Below, piece by piece: positions 37,630 to 52,714 of a stretch of 64,000 nucleotides of DNA. Position 1 is the first letter of the stretch. Every line of letters begins with the position of its first letter. The notes under the pieces are model-generated. The model worked only from the letters and a program-made list of their open reading frames with translations, searched no databases and was not told the DNA's origin. The position numbers and the translations under genes are program-made. The DNA is from Camelus ferus (lineage: Eukaryota). Location: NCBI RefSeq assembly GCF_009834535.1, contig NC_045697.1:65846001-65910000 (forward strand). The letters run 5' to 3'.

Positions 37630-38985
37630 TATTTTTTTGTTGAAGTATACTCAGTTTACAATGTGTCAATTTCTGGCGTACAGCATGTTTCAGTTATACA
37701 TGAACATACATATATTCATTTTCATATTCTTTTTTATCATAGGTTACTAGAAGATATTGAATATAGTTCCCTGGGCTATACAGAAGAAACTTGTTTTTTA
37801 TCTATTTTATATCTAGTAGTTAGTATCTGCAAATCTCAAACTTCCAATTTATCCCTTCCCACCCTCTTTCCCCCAAGGTAACCATAAGTTTGTTTTCTAT
37901 GTCTGTGAGTCTGTTTCTGTTTTGTAGATAAGTCTGTTTCCCTTTTTTCTTTTCAGATTCCACATATGAGCAATATCATATGGTATTTTTCTTTCTCTTT
38001 CTGGCTTACTTCACTTAGAATGACAATCTCCAGGTCCACTGATGTTGCTGCAAATGGTATTATTTTATTATTTTTATGGCTGAGTAGTATTCCATAGTAT
38101 AAATATACCACAGCTTCTTTATCCAGTCATCTGTCAATAGACATTTAGGTCATTTCCATGTCTTGGCTATTGTAAATTGTGCTGCTATGAACACTGGGGT
38201 GTATGTATCTTTTTGAATTAAAGTTCCCCTGGATATATCCCCAGGAGTGGGGTTGCTGGATCATATGGTAAGTCTGCCTTTAGTCTTTTGAAGAATCTCC
38301 ATAGTGTTTTCCATAATCGCTGCACCAAACTGCATTCCCACCAGCAGTGTAGGAGGGCTCCCTTTTCTCCACACCTTCTCCAGCACTTATTGTTCATGAA
38401 CTTTTGAATGATGGCCATCCTGACTGGTTGTAAGGTGGTACCTCTTTGTAGTTTTGATTTGCATTTCTCTGATAATTAGCGATACTGAGCATTTTTTCAT
38501 GTGCCTATTGGCCATTTTTATGTCTTCATTGGAGAATTGCTTGTTTAGGTCTTCTGCCCATTTTTGGATTAGTTTTTTTTTTTTCCTTATTAAGTTGTAT
38601 GAGCTGTTTATATATTCTTTCAGTCTCATCTTTTGCAAATATTTTCTCTCATTCTGCATGTTGTCTTTTTGTTTAGCTTATAAAGTTTTTTTTGTTGTTG
38701 CTTAATTAGGTCCCATTTGTTCATTTTTTATTTATTTCTATTGCCTGGGTAGACTTCCCTAGAAGAACATTCCTAAGATTTATGTCAGATAATGTTTTGC
38801 CTATGTTTTCTTCTAAGAGTTTTGTAGCGTCTTGTCTTATGTTTAAGTCTTTAAGCCATTGTGAGTTTATTTTTATGTACAGTGTGAGGGAGTGTTCTAA
38901 CTTCATTTACATGCAGCTGTCCAGTTATCCCAATACCATTTGCTGAAGAGACTGTCTTTACTTCATTTTATGTTCTCGTCTCTTT
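37630..38985 (-). mobile_element. 5'-truncated L1, inverted relative to the 35.6-kb copy
   Basis: Minus-strand ORF2 fragments ([46 protein letters not shown]), followed by 3'UTR and tail. Confidence 0.92.
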
Positions 38986-39689
38986 TATCAAACATGGATC
39001 TTGATACAATAGAATTTCTTTCTGTGTTCTTGAAGGAGCAAAAATAGTGATAAATAATCACTGCATGTATCATTTATGGCTAAATCAATCATCTCCAAGA
39101 TTAAGTAGCAGTCAATTTTAGTTAGCATTGCACAGTGGGACAAATATATTAAAGTGCTGATAATCTCTCCTTTGGGAATATTTTTCATTGTGAAATTGTG
39201 GCTCAATTCACAATTCAGGTGGATGGACCCATTTTGCCTAAGATTTAAGGGCGGGGATGCAAATTGGTGAGAGATGCTGATGACCTGGATCAGGTAGTTA
39301 GTGTGATTGGTGAGAACTTATCAAATTTTGGACATAGTTTAAACGTATAGACAACAGAATTGGCTGACATTCCGAAAATGAGATGTGAGAGAAAGAGAGG
39401 GGACTAAGATCACATCAAAGTTTTTGGTCTGAGCAACTGGAGGAATAGAAATGCCATTAGCTGAGATAAGAAAGACAGAAAAAGAAACAGTTTGGGTGTG
39501 ATGGGCAGGAGGCTCGGTTTGGACATGTTAACTCTTCTTTAAGGAGCTCTTGGTGACTCCTCTGCTCTGAATATCAAGAAGGAAGAATCTGTTTGAACAA
39601 AAACAGAATGAAGTTTAATTAACTTTAAAGAAGCAGTAGTGGAAAGAATCCAATGTATCATTAGGAAACCTGGATTCTAATCGCTTAAT

Positions 39690-39890
39690 ACTTAGGCATC
39701 TGGGTTCAAATCCTGACATAACCACTTCCAATACGGTGTGACCTTGAATAAGTTACTTAACCTCCCTAGAGAGTTTTGCTTCCTCATTTGTCAAGTGGGT
39801 GTAAGAATTTTACTACTTGATAGATTTATCCATATCATGGGCTTTACACAGTGCATTGCACATAATAAGCAGACAGTAAATCTTTGCTGG
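39690..39890 (+). mobile_element. MIR SINE
   Basis: ctgggttcaaatcctgac...gtgtgaccttgaataagttacttaacctcc...ttcctcatttgtcaagtggg. Confidence 0.75.
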
Positions 39891-40619
39891 TATTTACCAA
39901 AGCAACAACATGATTTGTCCCTTTTGCTAGACTGAGAGCTCATTAAGTACAGAGGTGGCTCTCATTCTCCCTTTATTTGCTACCCCTAGCAAAACATTTG
40001 GAATATAGTAACTATTAAATTAATGAGAAACTGCAGCTGAGCGGAGCTGAGAAAGGCTGGAACAAGAACCCCTTCCCTAGCACTGGCCATTTGGTCATCA
40101 TTCTAGCTAAATCCAGGCAGTACTGATGGGGACAGATTTATATAGGTGCTAGAGATTGAATAGATCTTTGACTGTAGAATTAGGAGGAAAGATATGTCAG
40201 GTAAAAGGAAGAGTCCAAAGAAAAGCAGAGAAACGGCAAGATGTGTAATATTCTCTGTGCTCAGATTCCTCAGCACTTAATTAAACCTCTGTTATGGCCA
40301 CAATACACTACTGATGTATATTTTCACCTGGGCTATACCATCAAGAGGGAAATATGAAAGAGGATGCATCAGAATAACCTTAAGTGGTGTTGTGGTATAA
40401 AGAACACACCTTGGAATTGGGAGACTAGACTTCTCATCATTTCTCTAATAAGTTTAGACTCTTTGCATCTTGGTTCCTATATCTACTCAAACTTAAAGGA
40501 TTGTTGTGAGGATTAAATGATACCATTCACGTGACATTTACTAGTAAATTTATAAATTGATTTGTAAATTGCAAAGAGCTATTAAAGTACAATGGAAACC
40601 CCAAACTTGAGCAATAAAT

Positions 40620-43600
40620 TGTGGATTAAGAGTACTTGAGAAAGATTGCAAGTTCTAAGCAAGAATTAAGCACACTCTGCCCTGAATGCAAGTGTAAATA
40701 CGGAAGCAGCTATATGAAGATGCTGAAGAGAAAATTTTAGCAGGAAGACTGTAGGAAAAAAGCTAGGATTTGAGGTTACACCAAACCAGTGGTGAGTTCC
40801 CTATTTTTTGCCCTCCAGTATCACTGGCATAAACTCAAGGGAGGCTCTAACTCCAGAAGTGTGCATGATTGAGAAGCAAAAAACTTTAAGAAAATCTCTC
40901 TCTTTCTGAGAAAGAGATTGTGGAAAAGAGGAATCTCACGGGTCAGAGAAAAGAGCACATTCCCTGCTTTTAAAACTTTTAAATTATTATTTTTCCTTTC
41001 TCCCGTCCTAGCCTTCAGATGGTGGTCGTGGCCAGGGAGGCACATAAAATTTTGAATGAGTGAAGTATCTTTCTATAATGAGAGAGCTATGGTCATGGGA
41101 GTATGGAGTGAATCCTCATTATTTTTATTCTTTCTCTGTCCTTTTGCTGCTAGGCAGTATACGCAGACACAGTTGCAGAAGAACATGACAGACAAGAAAA
41201 CTGAAGTCCTAGTTTTCTGTACAGAGGACCAGAAAGGGAGGTCTGTGGGAGCCAGAATGTGTTGGGGGAGATCATGGTAAAAAGAAAAATCAAGAAATGA
41301 GACTCATAAAGTTGTACACGGACTCCTGGGCTGACCTAAGAGCTGTGCATGCATGGATCTGACTCTAAATAGCATACCACCTGCTTTGACAGTGGAGTTA
41401 CAAGGTAGACCACTGTCTAGGTCCCAGACTGGCCACTGGCATTTACCTGGTACTGACCTTAATAGCACTACAAATACTTTAAAACCTGAATGATATTTGG
41501 ACCACAAACCAAAGGGGAAATATCAAAACTTGGAGTCTCCATCTTTAACCTGTTTGTCTGTTGAAACAAACAAAAAATCAGCTTTCTTCTTAAGATTTAA
41601 GCAAAGCCCAGGGTCAAACTACTATTCAACTTTGGATACAATTAAAAGTACTTGCCATATAAAGAATCAGGAAAAACTGAACCCACAAGGGAAAAGAAAA
41701 TCAACAGATGATCTGATGATCAGATGTTGTAATTATCCAATAAAGACTGCAAAGAAGCTATTATAACCATATTTCAAGAAGTAAGAGAGAATACACTTGA
41801 AATAAATGAGAAACTTCAGCAAAGAAATAGAAGACATAAAAAAGGACCAAATACAATTTAAAATAGTCAATACAAAAAAATACCCACTAAGCAGGTTTCA
41901 CAGCAAAAAGGAGATAACAGAATAAAAAGTCAGCAAACTTTAAAAGTGGATCAACAAAAATCACCTAAATAACAGAAACAAAAAAAGTTGTAAAAAAGTG
42001 AACAAAGCCTTGGAGCCTATAAAACAATACCAAAAGGTCTGAGTTTTGTCATCAGAGTTCCAAAAGAAGATGAGAAAGAACATGAAACATAAAAAATACT
42101 TGGAAAAATAATGGCTGAAAACTTTCCAAATTTGACAAAAGACACAGATTCTAGAAGCTCAGTAAACTCCAGACATGATCATTTTAAAGAAAAGAAATCA
42201 GTGCCCAGGTACATCATAATCAAACTGCTGAACAATAAGACAAAAAAAAAAAAAAAGGCCCGAAAGCAACTGGAGAAAAGCTGTATCCTATCTTTAGCAT
42301 AACAGTGATTTCAATGACTGGGTTTATCATTACTTCCAACTATGCAAGTAAGAAGCAAGTGGAATCTTCAAGTGCTTCAGAAAAGAACTGTCAACAGAGA
42401 ATATCCGGTGCAAACATCCTTCAGAAATAAAAGAGAAATAAAGAAATATTAAGATGAAGGAAAAATAAAAGAATTTATCACCACAGACCTGCTCTGAAAA
42501 ATGCCACAGGAACTTTCTCAGACTTCAGAAGGGAGATAATACAAGAGGGAAATTTGGAACTTTAGAAATGAAGGAAAGTAACAGAAATGGTAGAAGCTAG
42601 ATAAATGTAATAGATTATTCTTTTCTTCTAAGTTCTTTCAAATATTTATGTCTGTAAAAAGCAAAAAATACTGCTTTCAAAAAGCATTGTCTTGATTGGC
42701 TTTTCAATGTACATAGAAGTAATACATTCAACAATTACAACATGGATGGTGGAGGTAAAAGAACCTATAGGAGTTTTATACGTTTTCCTCGAAATAGTAA
42801 AGTATTCATTCTAAGTATACAGTGAAAAGTTAAATACATATATTGTAATCTTTACAGCCACCCTTAACAAACAAACAAAAAAACAAAAAACTATACAAAG
42901 GGACAGTAAAAAAAACTCAATAGATAAATTGGAATCATTAAACATATACAAATAAACTGAAGAAAGCAGTAAAGGGGAAACAGGAGCAAAACACAAAAGG
43001 AATAGAAAGAGAACAGGTAACAAAATTGTAGATCTAATTCCAAACATATCAATGATTTTATTAAATATAAGTAGTTCAAGAAGATAAACTAAAAGACAGA
43101 AGTTGTCAGAATGATTATTAAAGGCTTAACTATTATTAACATTGCTTATAAGAAATCTATTTTAAATATTATGATATTGGGAGGTAAAATATAAATGAAT
43201 GGAAAAAGATATACCATGCAAACACTAATCAAAAGAAAGCTTCAGTGGCTATATTAATATCAGACACAGGGGACTATGAAGAAAGGAAAATTACTAGGGG
43301 TTAAGAGAAACATTATGTAATAATAAAAGGGTTAAATTTACAAGAAGACATAAAGAATCCTAAATGTATACAACCAAATATCAGAACTTCAAAATACATG
43401 AAGCCAAAACTGATAGAAAAGAAAGAAAAAAATTGGCAAATCTGCAATTATACTTAGAAATGTCAACGTTCCTTTCTCAGTAATTGATAGAACAAGTAGA
43501 CAGAGGAAATTTAAGAATAGAAGTACTGAATAGCACCATTAATCCATTGGATTTAACTGACTTTTATAGAACGTCTGACTCAGGAAAAGCAGATTACATA

Positions 43601-45355
43601 TTTTCTCAAACATAGAAGGGATATTCACTAAGATAATCACATCCAGCATTACCTTGATGCCAAAACCAAAGATGCTGCCAGAAAATAAAACTAGAGACTA
43701 ATATCCTTCATGAATATAGACAGAAAAATAATCAGCAAAATGCTAACAAATCAAAACATATACAAAGAATAATACACTGTGACCAAGGGAAATTTGTCCT
43801 GGGAATTAAAGACTCATTTGATATTTGAAAATCAATCAAGATAATCCACCATATTAACAGACAAAAGAAGAAAACCCATATAATTATATTAGCTGAAGCA
43901 GAAAAAGCATTTGACAAAATTCAATATCTCTTCATAATAAAAGTTATGCAGGAATAGAGAAGAGACTGTGTTAACCTGATAAAAGGCATCTACAAAAAAC
44001 CTATAGCTAACAATATGCTTCATGGTTAAACAACGAATGGTTTCTCCTATGAGACAGAGAATAAGGCAAGACTGTTAACTCTTACTGCTCATATTCAACA
44101 TTGTACTGGAAGTCCTTGCCAGTGCAATAAGGCAAGACAGCAGATTGGAAGGTGAGAATTAATCTGTCATTATTTACAGATGACATGCTTGTATATTTTT
44201 TAAAAATATCATAGAATCAACAAAAAGTTTCTTAGAACTATTATGTAAGGTTAGCACAGTTGCAGGTTACACAACACACAAAAATCAATCATATTTGTAT
44301 ACACCAGCAATGAACAATTGGAGGCTCAAATTTCTTAATTAAAATAGCATTCATAATAGTTTGAAAAAATGAAATATTTAGGAATAAATCTAACAACTTC
44401 AAAACATTAATTAGAGAGATCAAAGAAAACCTAAATAAACTGAGAAACATACCCCGTTTGTGGACTGAAAGATTCAAAGTAGTTAACATGTCACTGTTCT
44501 TCAGATTGATGTACAGATTTAACATAATAATCCAAGCAGGAATTTTTGTAGGTATAGACAAACTGATTCTAAATTTACATGGAAAAGCAAAGGCATTTGG
44601 AGAGCCAAAAAAATTTTTCAAAAGAAGAATAAAATTGCAAGATTTAAACTACTTGATTTTAAGAATTGTTATAACAGTATTTTAATCTATAAATTGTGGT
44701 TTTGGCAAAAGGATAGCCACATAGATCAATGGAACAGAATAGAGTACCCAGAAATAGGCCCACACAGTTAAGGTCAATTGATTTTTCACAAAGATGCAAA
44801 GTTAATTCAATTGAGAAAGATGATGTTTTCAACAAATCATGTCAGAACAATTGGATATTCATCTGTTTAAAAAAAAAAACCCAACTTAGACTTTATATTT
44901 TATGGCAAAATTAACCCAAATTGGATTAGAGATATAAATATAATACATAAAACTATAAAATTTTTAGAAGGAAACATAAGAGAAAAGGTTAGGCAAAGAA
45001 TCCTTAGAATCAACACTAATACTGTGCTCTATAAAAGAAAAATATTGGCAAATTGGAATTCATCAAAATTAAAAGTTTGGCCCTGAAAAAAATATCATTA
45101 AGAGAATGAAAAGACAAAGTAAAGACTAGAGGAAAATATTTGCAAATCATATATCCAGTAACATATATCTGTGCAGAACACATAAGAAACTCTCAAAACC
45201 CAACAATAAGAAAAGGAACAACTTTAAACAAGGAGAGTGGTGGAATTATTCTGCATCCTGATTGTGAGGATGGTTGTATGAATTCACACATGTGGTAAAA
45301 TTCAAAGAACAAAAACACAAGAAAAAGACAATCTTTGTTCATTTAAAAAATAAAG
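40620..45355 (+). mobile_element. Old, internally deleted L1 (L1M-type) with 5' region, ORF1 and ORF2 remnants
   Basis: A-rich + strand. ORF1-like MAENFPNL..RYIIIKLL at 42111; endonuclease remnants near 43040-43640; RT remnants (ccagcattaccttgatgccaaaacc, gaaaaagcatttgacaaaattcaa, ttatttacagatgacatg); 3' end near 45350. Confidence 0.85.
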
Positions 45356-48300
45356 TAAGAAAAGAAGCACTTAAAAAATAGTAATTGTGATTCTGGAGAA
45401 ATAAAACTGCTTTAGAAGAAAGTAAATGAAGAGAGATGAAGGTCAATTCATCCTGATGATTCAAATTGTATATACTATGGGTACTAAAGAGACACTATAA
45501 GTCATGACCTAACTGTCATACCTCAGACCCAGTGAGAGAGAACAAAGACTGGAGTCAAAATCTAGAACATTATATTTATGAATTTTGAGAGTGACATTGG
45601 TTGGAAGATTCCAGGTTTTAATAATAAATTGGCCAAAACATATACCATTGTAAATTAACACATAAGTTCTAAGAAAACAGATTTTACCAAGAATCCTATG
45701 ATTAAAAAGGATATAGAGAACACAGAAGAGGTTTGGAAGAAACACATCCAGATGGTAGTTTGTAAATAAGAGAGGCAGAAAAGCACTTTCTATACTGTAT
45801 TCTTTTATAGCAAAGGGTTTGAGGGGTGTGTGTGTGTGGACTCTAAGTTTCTTTAGCACAAGAGCTAATATAGAATTGCTTAGAGGAAGCACTCTTGTTA
45901 GGAGTATGAGGTGGAGGTGGAGGTGGAGGGCTCCTAATAGGGTACGTGTGTAGAAGGTACTTTAAAGTGTTAGATGAAGTGGTTTTCCTTAGATTGCGTG
46001 CTTACTTGGGATAGGCGATGGTGAATTATACATCTTGTGATGGATCTAACCCCACCCTAACCACCCACTGACACTGCCAATGATAAGAAGTATATTGCTC
46101 ATGTCTGTACCTCCTGCAACCTAAGCATACTGACTGGTACAAAATAAGTGTTTAATAAACATCATTCAGTTGAAATTGAGTAGAATTCTTCCTCCAATTC
46201 TAAGTTGTCTCCTGAGTTCTCAAAGAAAATCAGGTCATATGAGATAGGGCACAAAAGATGATAACAAAAGGGCTAACCAAAGAATAATTCTATCCCTTGT
46301 GCTAAGTTTTTAAATAACTCTGGTTCTCAATTAAACAGAAGTGAATGCAGAAAACTGAATTTTTCATGTCCTTGGAAGAAATTTCAGCTACAAAAAGCCC
46401 AATATCTTAAAATGTTCTAGGCTGATTTACTGCTCAGACTACTCCCCAGAGGAAAAAAGCTTGTTATATTAATAAAATCATTTTCTTTAGAGGGTGAGCT
46501 TAATTGTTTCACTGGAAGTCACAAAGAATTAATCAATTATGGTCCCAAGTTAAAAATTTTGAAACCTGAACACAACTTTTAATCAAAGTTAGATGTATTT
46601 AAGTGAAGAAAAAAAAATGACCTTTGGATCTGTCCCTGCTTTGCCTGGATGATTAATTCCAGTTTTTTTTTTTTTTTTTGCTTTACACACCCTGCCATAA
46701 ACTTTTTTATTTACACTTTATTGTAACTGACTTCATGTCATTTGCTCTTGCTTAATAATAATCGGTTAACTGCAAGGCAGGTGTTCTCAAGGATGTGGCC
46801 CTTCCATAGAGCAGTTCTAAACAGTTTTTTTTAAAAAATCAACATAAAAAGCATTAAGATAAAACTCTCATTCTAGTGTCTGGCAGGAAAAAAGATATAT
46901 TTGTGCAAAGAGAGAGTCAAGGATGGAGAATATGAAAGGTAAAAATTAGTGCTAACCTACCCATTCAAAATTTATTTGTTGCCCTTCTTTCTAATAGTTG
47001 TATTTGACCAATCACAACTAGCGGTGGTCTCTGCTAGCGCCCCAATTTTAAAACAGCTTTTGTTCTACATTTTCATGTTATGTTTAGATATAAAAGTTAT
47101 AATTAAACTTTTGGTTGAATTTCTGCAGACTTTGAGTCTGATTATTGATTTTCTGAGATCATGACGGTAATCTCACTTTCCTACCCTCTTCACCAATGGG
47201 CAAAATTATTTCTGCCTCCTTACTCAGTTTAGAAGTACAGTCTCTCTCCTTTCATTACCCCACTTCACACACTTGAGTACCAAGTTCCCTCCAAACCGTG
47301 TTCCACTTCCATTATTCCAGAATTTCTTAGCTCGGTCGCCTGGTCATATCTGCTTTGTCAGGGTGGTCTGAGAATCTCCTCAAAAGCTTCCCCCCTTCTT
47401 CTCTTGGTCCTTTCTTCCACCAAATTATCAGAATTATGAATAATCTTTAGATTAAACAAGGGAGATTCTGGGCATGGTTAAGAATTAATGTGTAATCTGG
47501 GACAGCCTATCTAGCCACTAGAATATTGACTTGGATTAATTTATTAGTTATTCAGTGTCCTGAAGGGATGACATTCAGGAGCAAAAAGGAAAGGCTTAAA
47601 CGCATCTGGTTCTTGGATCAACAGTGAGGCTCAGGATGAAAAGGAGAAGGATAAAAAGAGGAGAGAGAAAAGAGAAGCTAGGCTGAGAGAGAGAGACTTA
47701 GCTGGTGATGGTGTAGTTCTATTTGGAGGAGTAGGCACCATGACAGAAGTAACAGAATCAGCTATCAAAAGAAAGGCAGATTCTGCTGGACACAAACTAG
47801 AGGCCAGATGGTCCTCTCTTGGAGTGTTTTGGTTTGGGAAGTCCTCTCTATCTGAAATCTCAACCCTAAAAATCTTCAGGCCATTCACTGTATTATTACT
47901 TTTAAATGAACTTCTTCAATTTTAGGCATTTTCCCTATTTAAATTTAAATATCCTGAGAAGGCTGTTAATTATACCAAAAGATTATATTGTTCTTTAATT
48001 TTATTTTTTGAATTAACCAATTAAAATAAATTCCACATATAATAGTCAAATTAGTTGTTTTCGTATGCAAGGAACAGAAAGACTCCCTCGAAATGAAAAA
48101 AAACACTAAAGGGGACTTATGGGCTCACCCAACAGAAGGCTCTTGGATCAGTGAGGGTTTGATCCAGATTGTCACAATTTTATCAGGACGCTTCATCTCA
48201 TCCTATGCAATTTTCTCAGCTCTGTCCACAAGACAGGTTGACGTTGTTCTCAGCGTGGCTTCCCTAATGCAAACAATATAGTTCTGAGTAATTCACAGGG

Positions 48301-50289
48301 CCACATGCTTCCACATTCAAAGCCAGAGGGAGAACGTGTGTTTTCCCCCAACAACAAAACAGAAGTCTTGAGCTCCACTAAACCAATCATTTTGTCAGGA
48401 GAAAGGATATTACCTTGAGTAACTTAAATCTTAGAGCCCATCTCTGTTACAATGGGAAACATCTGAATATAGGGGAGATAAAGACAGTGTTCAATCTGTA
48501 GACCTTGTGATAGACTTTAAAAGATGGAGAGAGATGTCCAGAGTTGGGCACTCTCCAACGGTAGGCCTGAGAAGGTTATTTTAGAGGTAAGTCCTGTTTT
48601 ATGAGTTATCTCCTGAAGACAATTGGCATCTGGCAGGGCAGGTGATGCCATGAAAGGAGAGGAGGAGAAGGGGTCTGTAAACAGCATATCCCACTACGGG
48701 ACACTTCCCTTTCCAGCAGTAAACTCACATCATGGACACAACCTGTCACATTCTCAGCATAATGATCAAGGTGAGTGTATGTGCCACTGAAAATCTGTGT
48801 CATCATATACAGTGACGTTCCACTTGCCAATCCAGTCCCGACTCTTCTGGTAGGTTTTGCTGATCCTGTGCCCTGCGGTGGAAATCACCCCCCACCCCCC
48901 ACAATCCCTCTCCAGAAGGGGTCTCTTTGGTTCTGAATATAATTCTGCCTTTCCTTCTAGTATGAAATGAGCTTGTTTCTATACCACATTGAAGTGAGTT
49001 GAAAGCAATTAGGTTGCTTTCTATTATTTCCAAAGCGTTTTACCCTTACTTATCAATCCTGAAGACTTATAATCAACCTGAACGAAGCTGGGGAATGAAA
49101 CTGTTTTGCTTTTCAACACTTCTTTTGCCAGAATAAATCCTAAACATGATGAATGCTAATAACTATTTTAGCTAAACAGGGCAAATGTTATCCCCTGGCT
49201 GCCCATTAGAATCACCTGGGTGCCTCGACCTTTCCTCAGAGTAAGAACTGGGCACTAACATTTTTTTAAAGAAAACCCTCATCAAGATATAATTCACATA
49301 TTATAAAACTCACTAATTTAAAATAATACTTCATATTTTCACAGTTGGGGTAACCACGTTTTAATGTTCCTCAAGAGTTCTAATATTCAGACAGATAGGG
49401 TTGAGAACCACTGAGTTAAAGCAAATTGTTAGACTTTGAGACAACCTGATAATCAACTGAACTATATGTTAAAAATTATTCTAAAAATTTTTTGTGGTTT
49501 TAAAAATTAATAGATTTTATTTTTTAGAGAAGTTTTAGATAGAGTGGAGTGGAGGGTACAGAACTAAAACTGTGTTTTTTAACTACCAAATTCTCTAATT
49601 TAATTGGCATTCTCAGTCTGAGAGAAAACAAAAAGTTTTGAATAATGTTCCATGTTTTCTTAACAAAAAATTCATAAAATGGTTAGTCTCCTTGTAAAGA
49701 GTTACTTTATATTCAATGAAATACAAGGCAAAATCAGAATGCAGTTTTCTCTCTTTTAAAAAGATCTATTTTTACAACTTATTGATCAACACACTCCTGG
49801 CTCTCCTTTATTGAAGAAATAAAGCACTCAAACAAAAATTTAGTGATAAATAAGTGAAAATATCCAATATTAATCTAATTCCTATATATTCTTTTATTCT
49901 TTGATATATAAGATTAAAAAGTATTGTGTACACACAATAACAGTATACACAATAAACAGCATTGTCACTTGCTATGAAAGAAATATTGATTGTCCTCAGC
50001 TAAATTTGGCTTCCAGAAAACATCTGTAAATAGAAATATTCTGAAATGGAATATTTAGTATAAAGAATGATCTAAACTGTCAAAGAAAAGGGCAATCACA
50101 CTAGCAGTTTCTGAACCATATTAAAGAAAAGGGAAGTCTGTGTGGTCATTTAGTGAATTTAGACTCTATAGTCAAGTAATCAGACCCACTGAACGGTCAA
50201 ACCCTTGTCCTAGTGCCAGGTGTGGAAAAGGAATAATAGAAAAACCAACACAGAACATAGTGGTTAGGAATGAGAACGGTGGAGTCAGA

Positions 50290-50600
50290 CAAAACTTTTG
50301 GGTTTCCTCCATAAACTGTCACTGTAATTTTAGGGAAGACTCTTTGACTTGCCTTGACCAATGCGACGTGGGCAAAATGACGGGTGCTCATTGGAGTTTA
50401 GGAATTAAAGGGTGTCACTCACCCCTCTGAAGGCTTCTTTCTTACCTCCAAGAGAAGGACATGCCCCAGGCAGCCACTGCCCCTTCAGCTTGGGCCCCGG
50501 AAGGAAACTCACAGAACAGATTTGACCTTAACCCACAGCTAAAGCAGAAACTGCCTGCGAACCCCTGGCCCCGTAAGTGAGAAGTAAATGTGTGTTATTG
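50290..50600 (+). mobile_element. Old MaLR LTR remnant (MLT1-type)
   Basis: cttcagcttgggccccggaagg...aacagatttgacc...gtgagaagtaaatgtgtgttattg. Confidence 0.5.
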
Positions 50601-51399
50601 TATATATTGTATATATAATGTCTGTGATTATATTTACACAGAAAAGCTAAAACTGAACCATACACGAAGATAGGGAATAACAGTAGGAGAAACACATATT
50701 TGGTGGGGTGGGGGTTCGAGGGTAGAGTATGATGGGATGGGAGTGAGCTCAGTTCTGGGCATTTTGAGCATGAGGTGCCAATAGGATTTCAAATAGTCAT
50801 GCACGAAGGGTAAGTCAGTCATCTGAACACATTTGGGAGTTAAAGCCGTGGGAGGGAATGGGATCTTTAGAGGAGAAAGAACATATATGTGCATGATGGT
50901 TATATTCTTGTTTGATTATTCTTTTTATCAGTCTATAATTCTCCTCCTGTACCTCTTTGCCCTTGTTTTAGCACACACGTACACGTCTTGATTTTTATTT
51001 TTATTATGGTGCCTCATAGTTTCTCCTTCCTTCCATTTCTAAGTGGTCTCCTACTCCTTTTCTCCCTGAGAACTGTCCCTGGTTAATCACAGACAGAAAA
51101 GATCTGGGGGCCTTTGCCACATTTTAAGATAGAAGCACAGACTTGGATCATAGCCCCTGATCATATCCAGGGAGCAGCTGGGACTTCTCTAGTCAGGCAG
51201 GTTTTCAGCCCCACAGCCTAAGGGCTGGGACTCCTTACCTGGGATACAATACTCAGCCCTCCTAGGTCCCTGTGCATGTCCAGAGTGTGATGGGAACCTG
51301 CTACTGCATCTTCCTCTGGATTAATTAATACTTTTGCAGGTTAATGTGTGTGCAGAACTAAATCATTCCACCTTTACTTGCTCAGTACCCATTCTTTTG

Positions 51400-52170
51400 C
51401 TTTTCCTCCTACCCTACTGGCAACACTATTTCAGTCTTTTTGCTAGTCCCTAATCACCCACCTGATTTCTAAACATCAGAGTGTACCAGGACTTAATCCT
51501 CTTAATCTTTGGATTTCTCTGTGTTCACTCACTTAACGAGCTCCTCCAACCACATGACTTTAAATAGTATTCATAATCTGATACTGCCAGTCTGGACCTC
51601 CTCCCTTAACTCCAGCCTCACCTGTATAACTTTCTACTTGACATCTCCATCCGGACGACCGATGGGCACCTCAAGGTCACATGTCAGAAACCGACTTCTT
51701 GGTGGTCTCTTCCTAAACACACTGTAGGTTCAGGCTTTGCTCTTACAGACATTTCTAATTGTCCAGATTAAAAATCTTGTAGTCACCTGTGACTCTTCTT
51801 TTTCTTTCACACTTTCACACTTCACACACAATCAACAAGCAAATCCTGTTAGCTCTATCTTCATAACCTGGAATACAACCAGCTGCCATCATCTCACGTC
51901 TAAGTTACAGTAACAACCTCTCCCTGGCTTTGCCCTTGCCTCCAATAATCTATTCTCCGCATAGCAGCAGAGTGATCCTTTTTGAAACATAAGTTATATC
52001 ATGCCACCCCTCTCCTCTGCTCAAAACACTCTAAATGGTTTTATGGTTTGTTTGTTTTTTTTTTTAACTCAGAGTAAACCTAAAGTTACTCAAAGGAAGC
52101 AGGCCCTACACGTTCTAACTTCCTGTCACTCCTGTGATCTAGTCCTGGACCCTCTGATCCTGCCCAGCAG
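51400..52170 (+). mobile_element. L2 LINE fragment
   Basis: Pyrimidine-rich L2 text (ctacttgacatctccat...cacctcaa...gcaaatcctgttagctctatcttca...gcagcagagtgatcctttt). Confidence 0.7.
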
Positions 52171-52714
52171 TGAAGACCTACATCATCTGACTCCTTGTGG
52201 GGGTGGGAGGCTCTGTCCTGTGGGTCTATCTTACCAAAATCGTCTCAGAAATTTAATGTCTTCTTAATGTGTCTGTAGCATGAAAATGGGATCTTGTTTC
52301 ATAGAGGATTTATTGACAGGAATTACAAACAACTTATTGTGTATTATTGTGTTGTTATTATAATTATGAAGTTATATATGAATGTGTTTAATGTGTTTGC
52401 AATGGATGGCTGAGAATAAAAATGCTTCCAAGATTCCTAGTTCATATTTTGCTTCAGAGTCAGAGCCCATGAAAAGGTGAATTGCTTACATTTCTGTACA
52501 TAATTTCTCCCAGTTGAAAGCATGCAAGGGAGTGAAATATAGTCAAGATTGTAAAATGAAAATATTTTAATAATGTCCCTTTAAGTGGACTCTTAACCTT
52601 GATCCAAATCTTGCCCACAATCTTAAGTTGAACCTAAAAATATTAAGTCTGAAGGCACAGGGTCAGAAACAATACTTCTTACCACTTGTTTCCACCAATA
52701 TTCCATATGGATAG

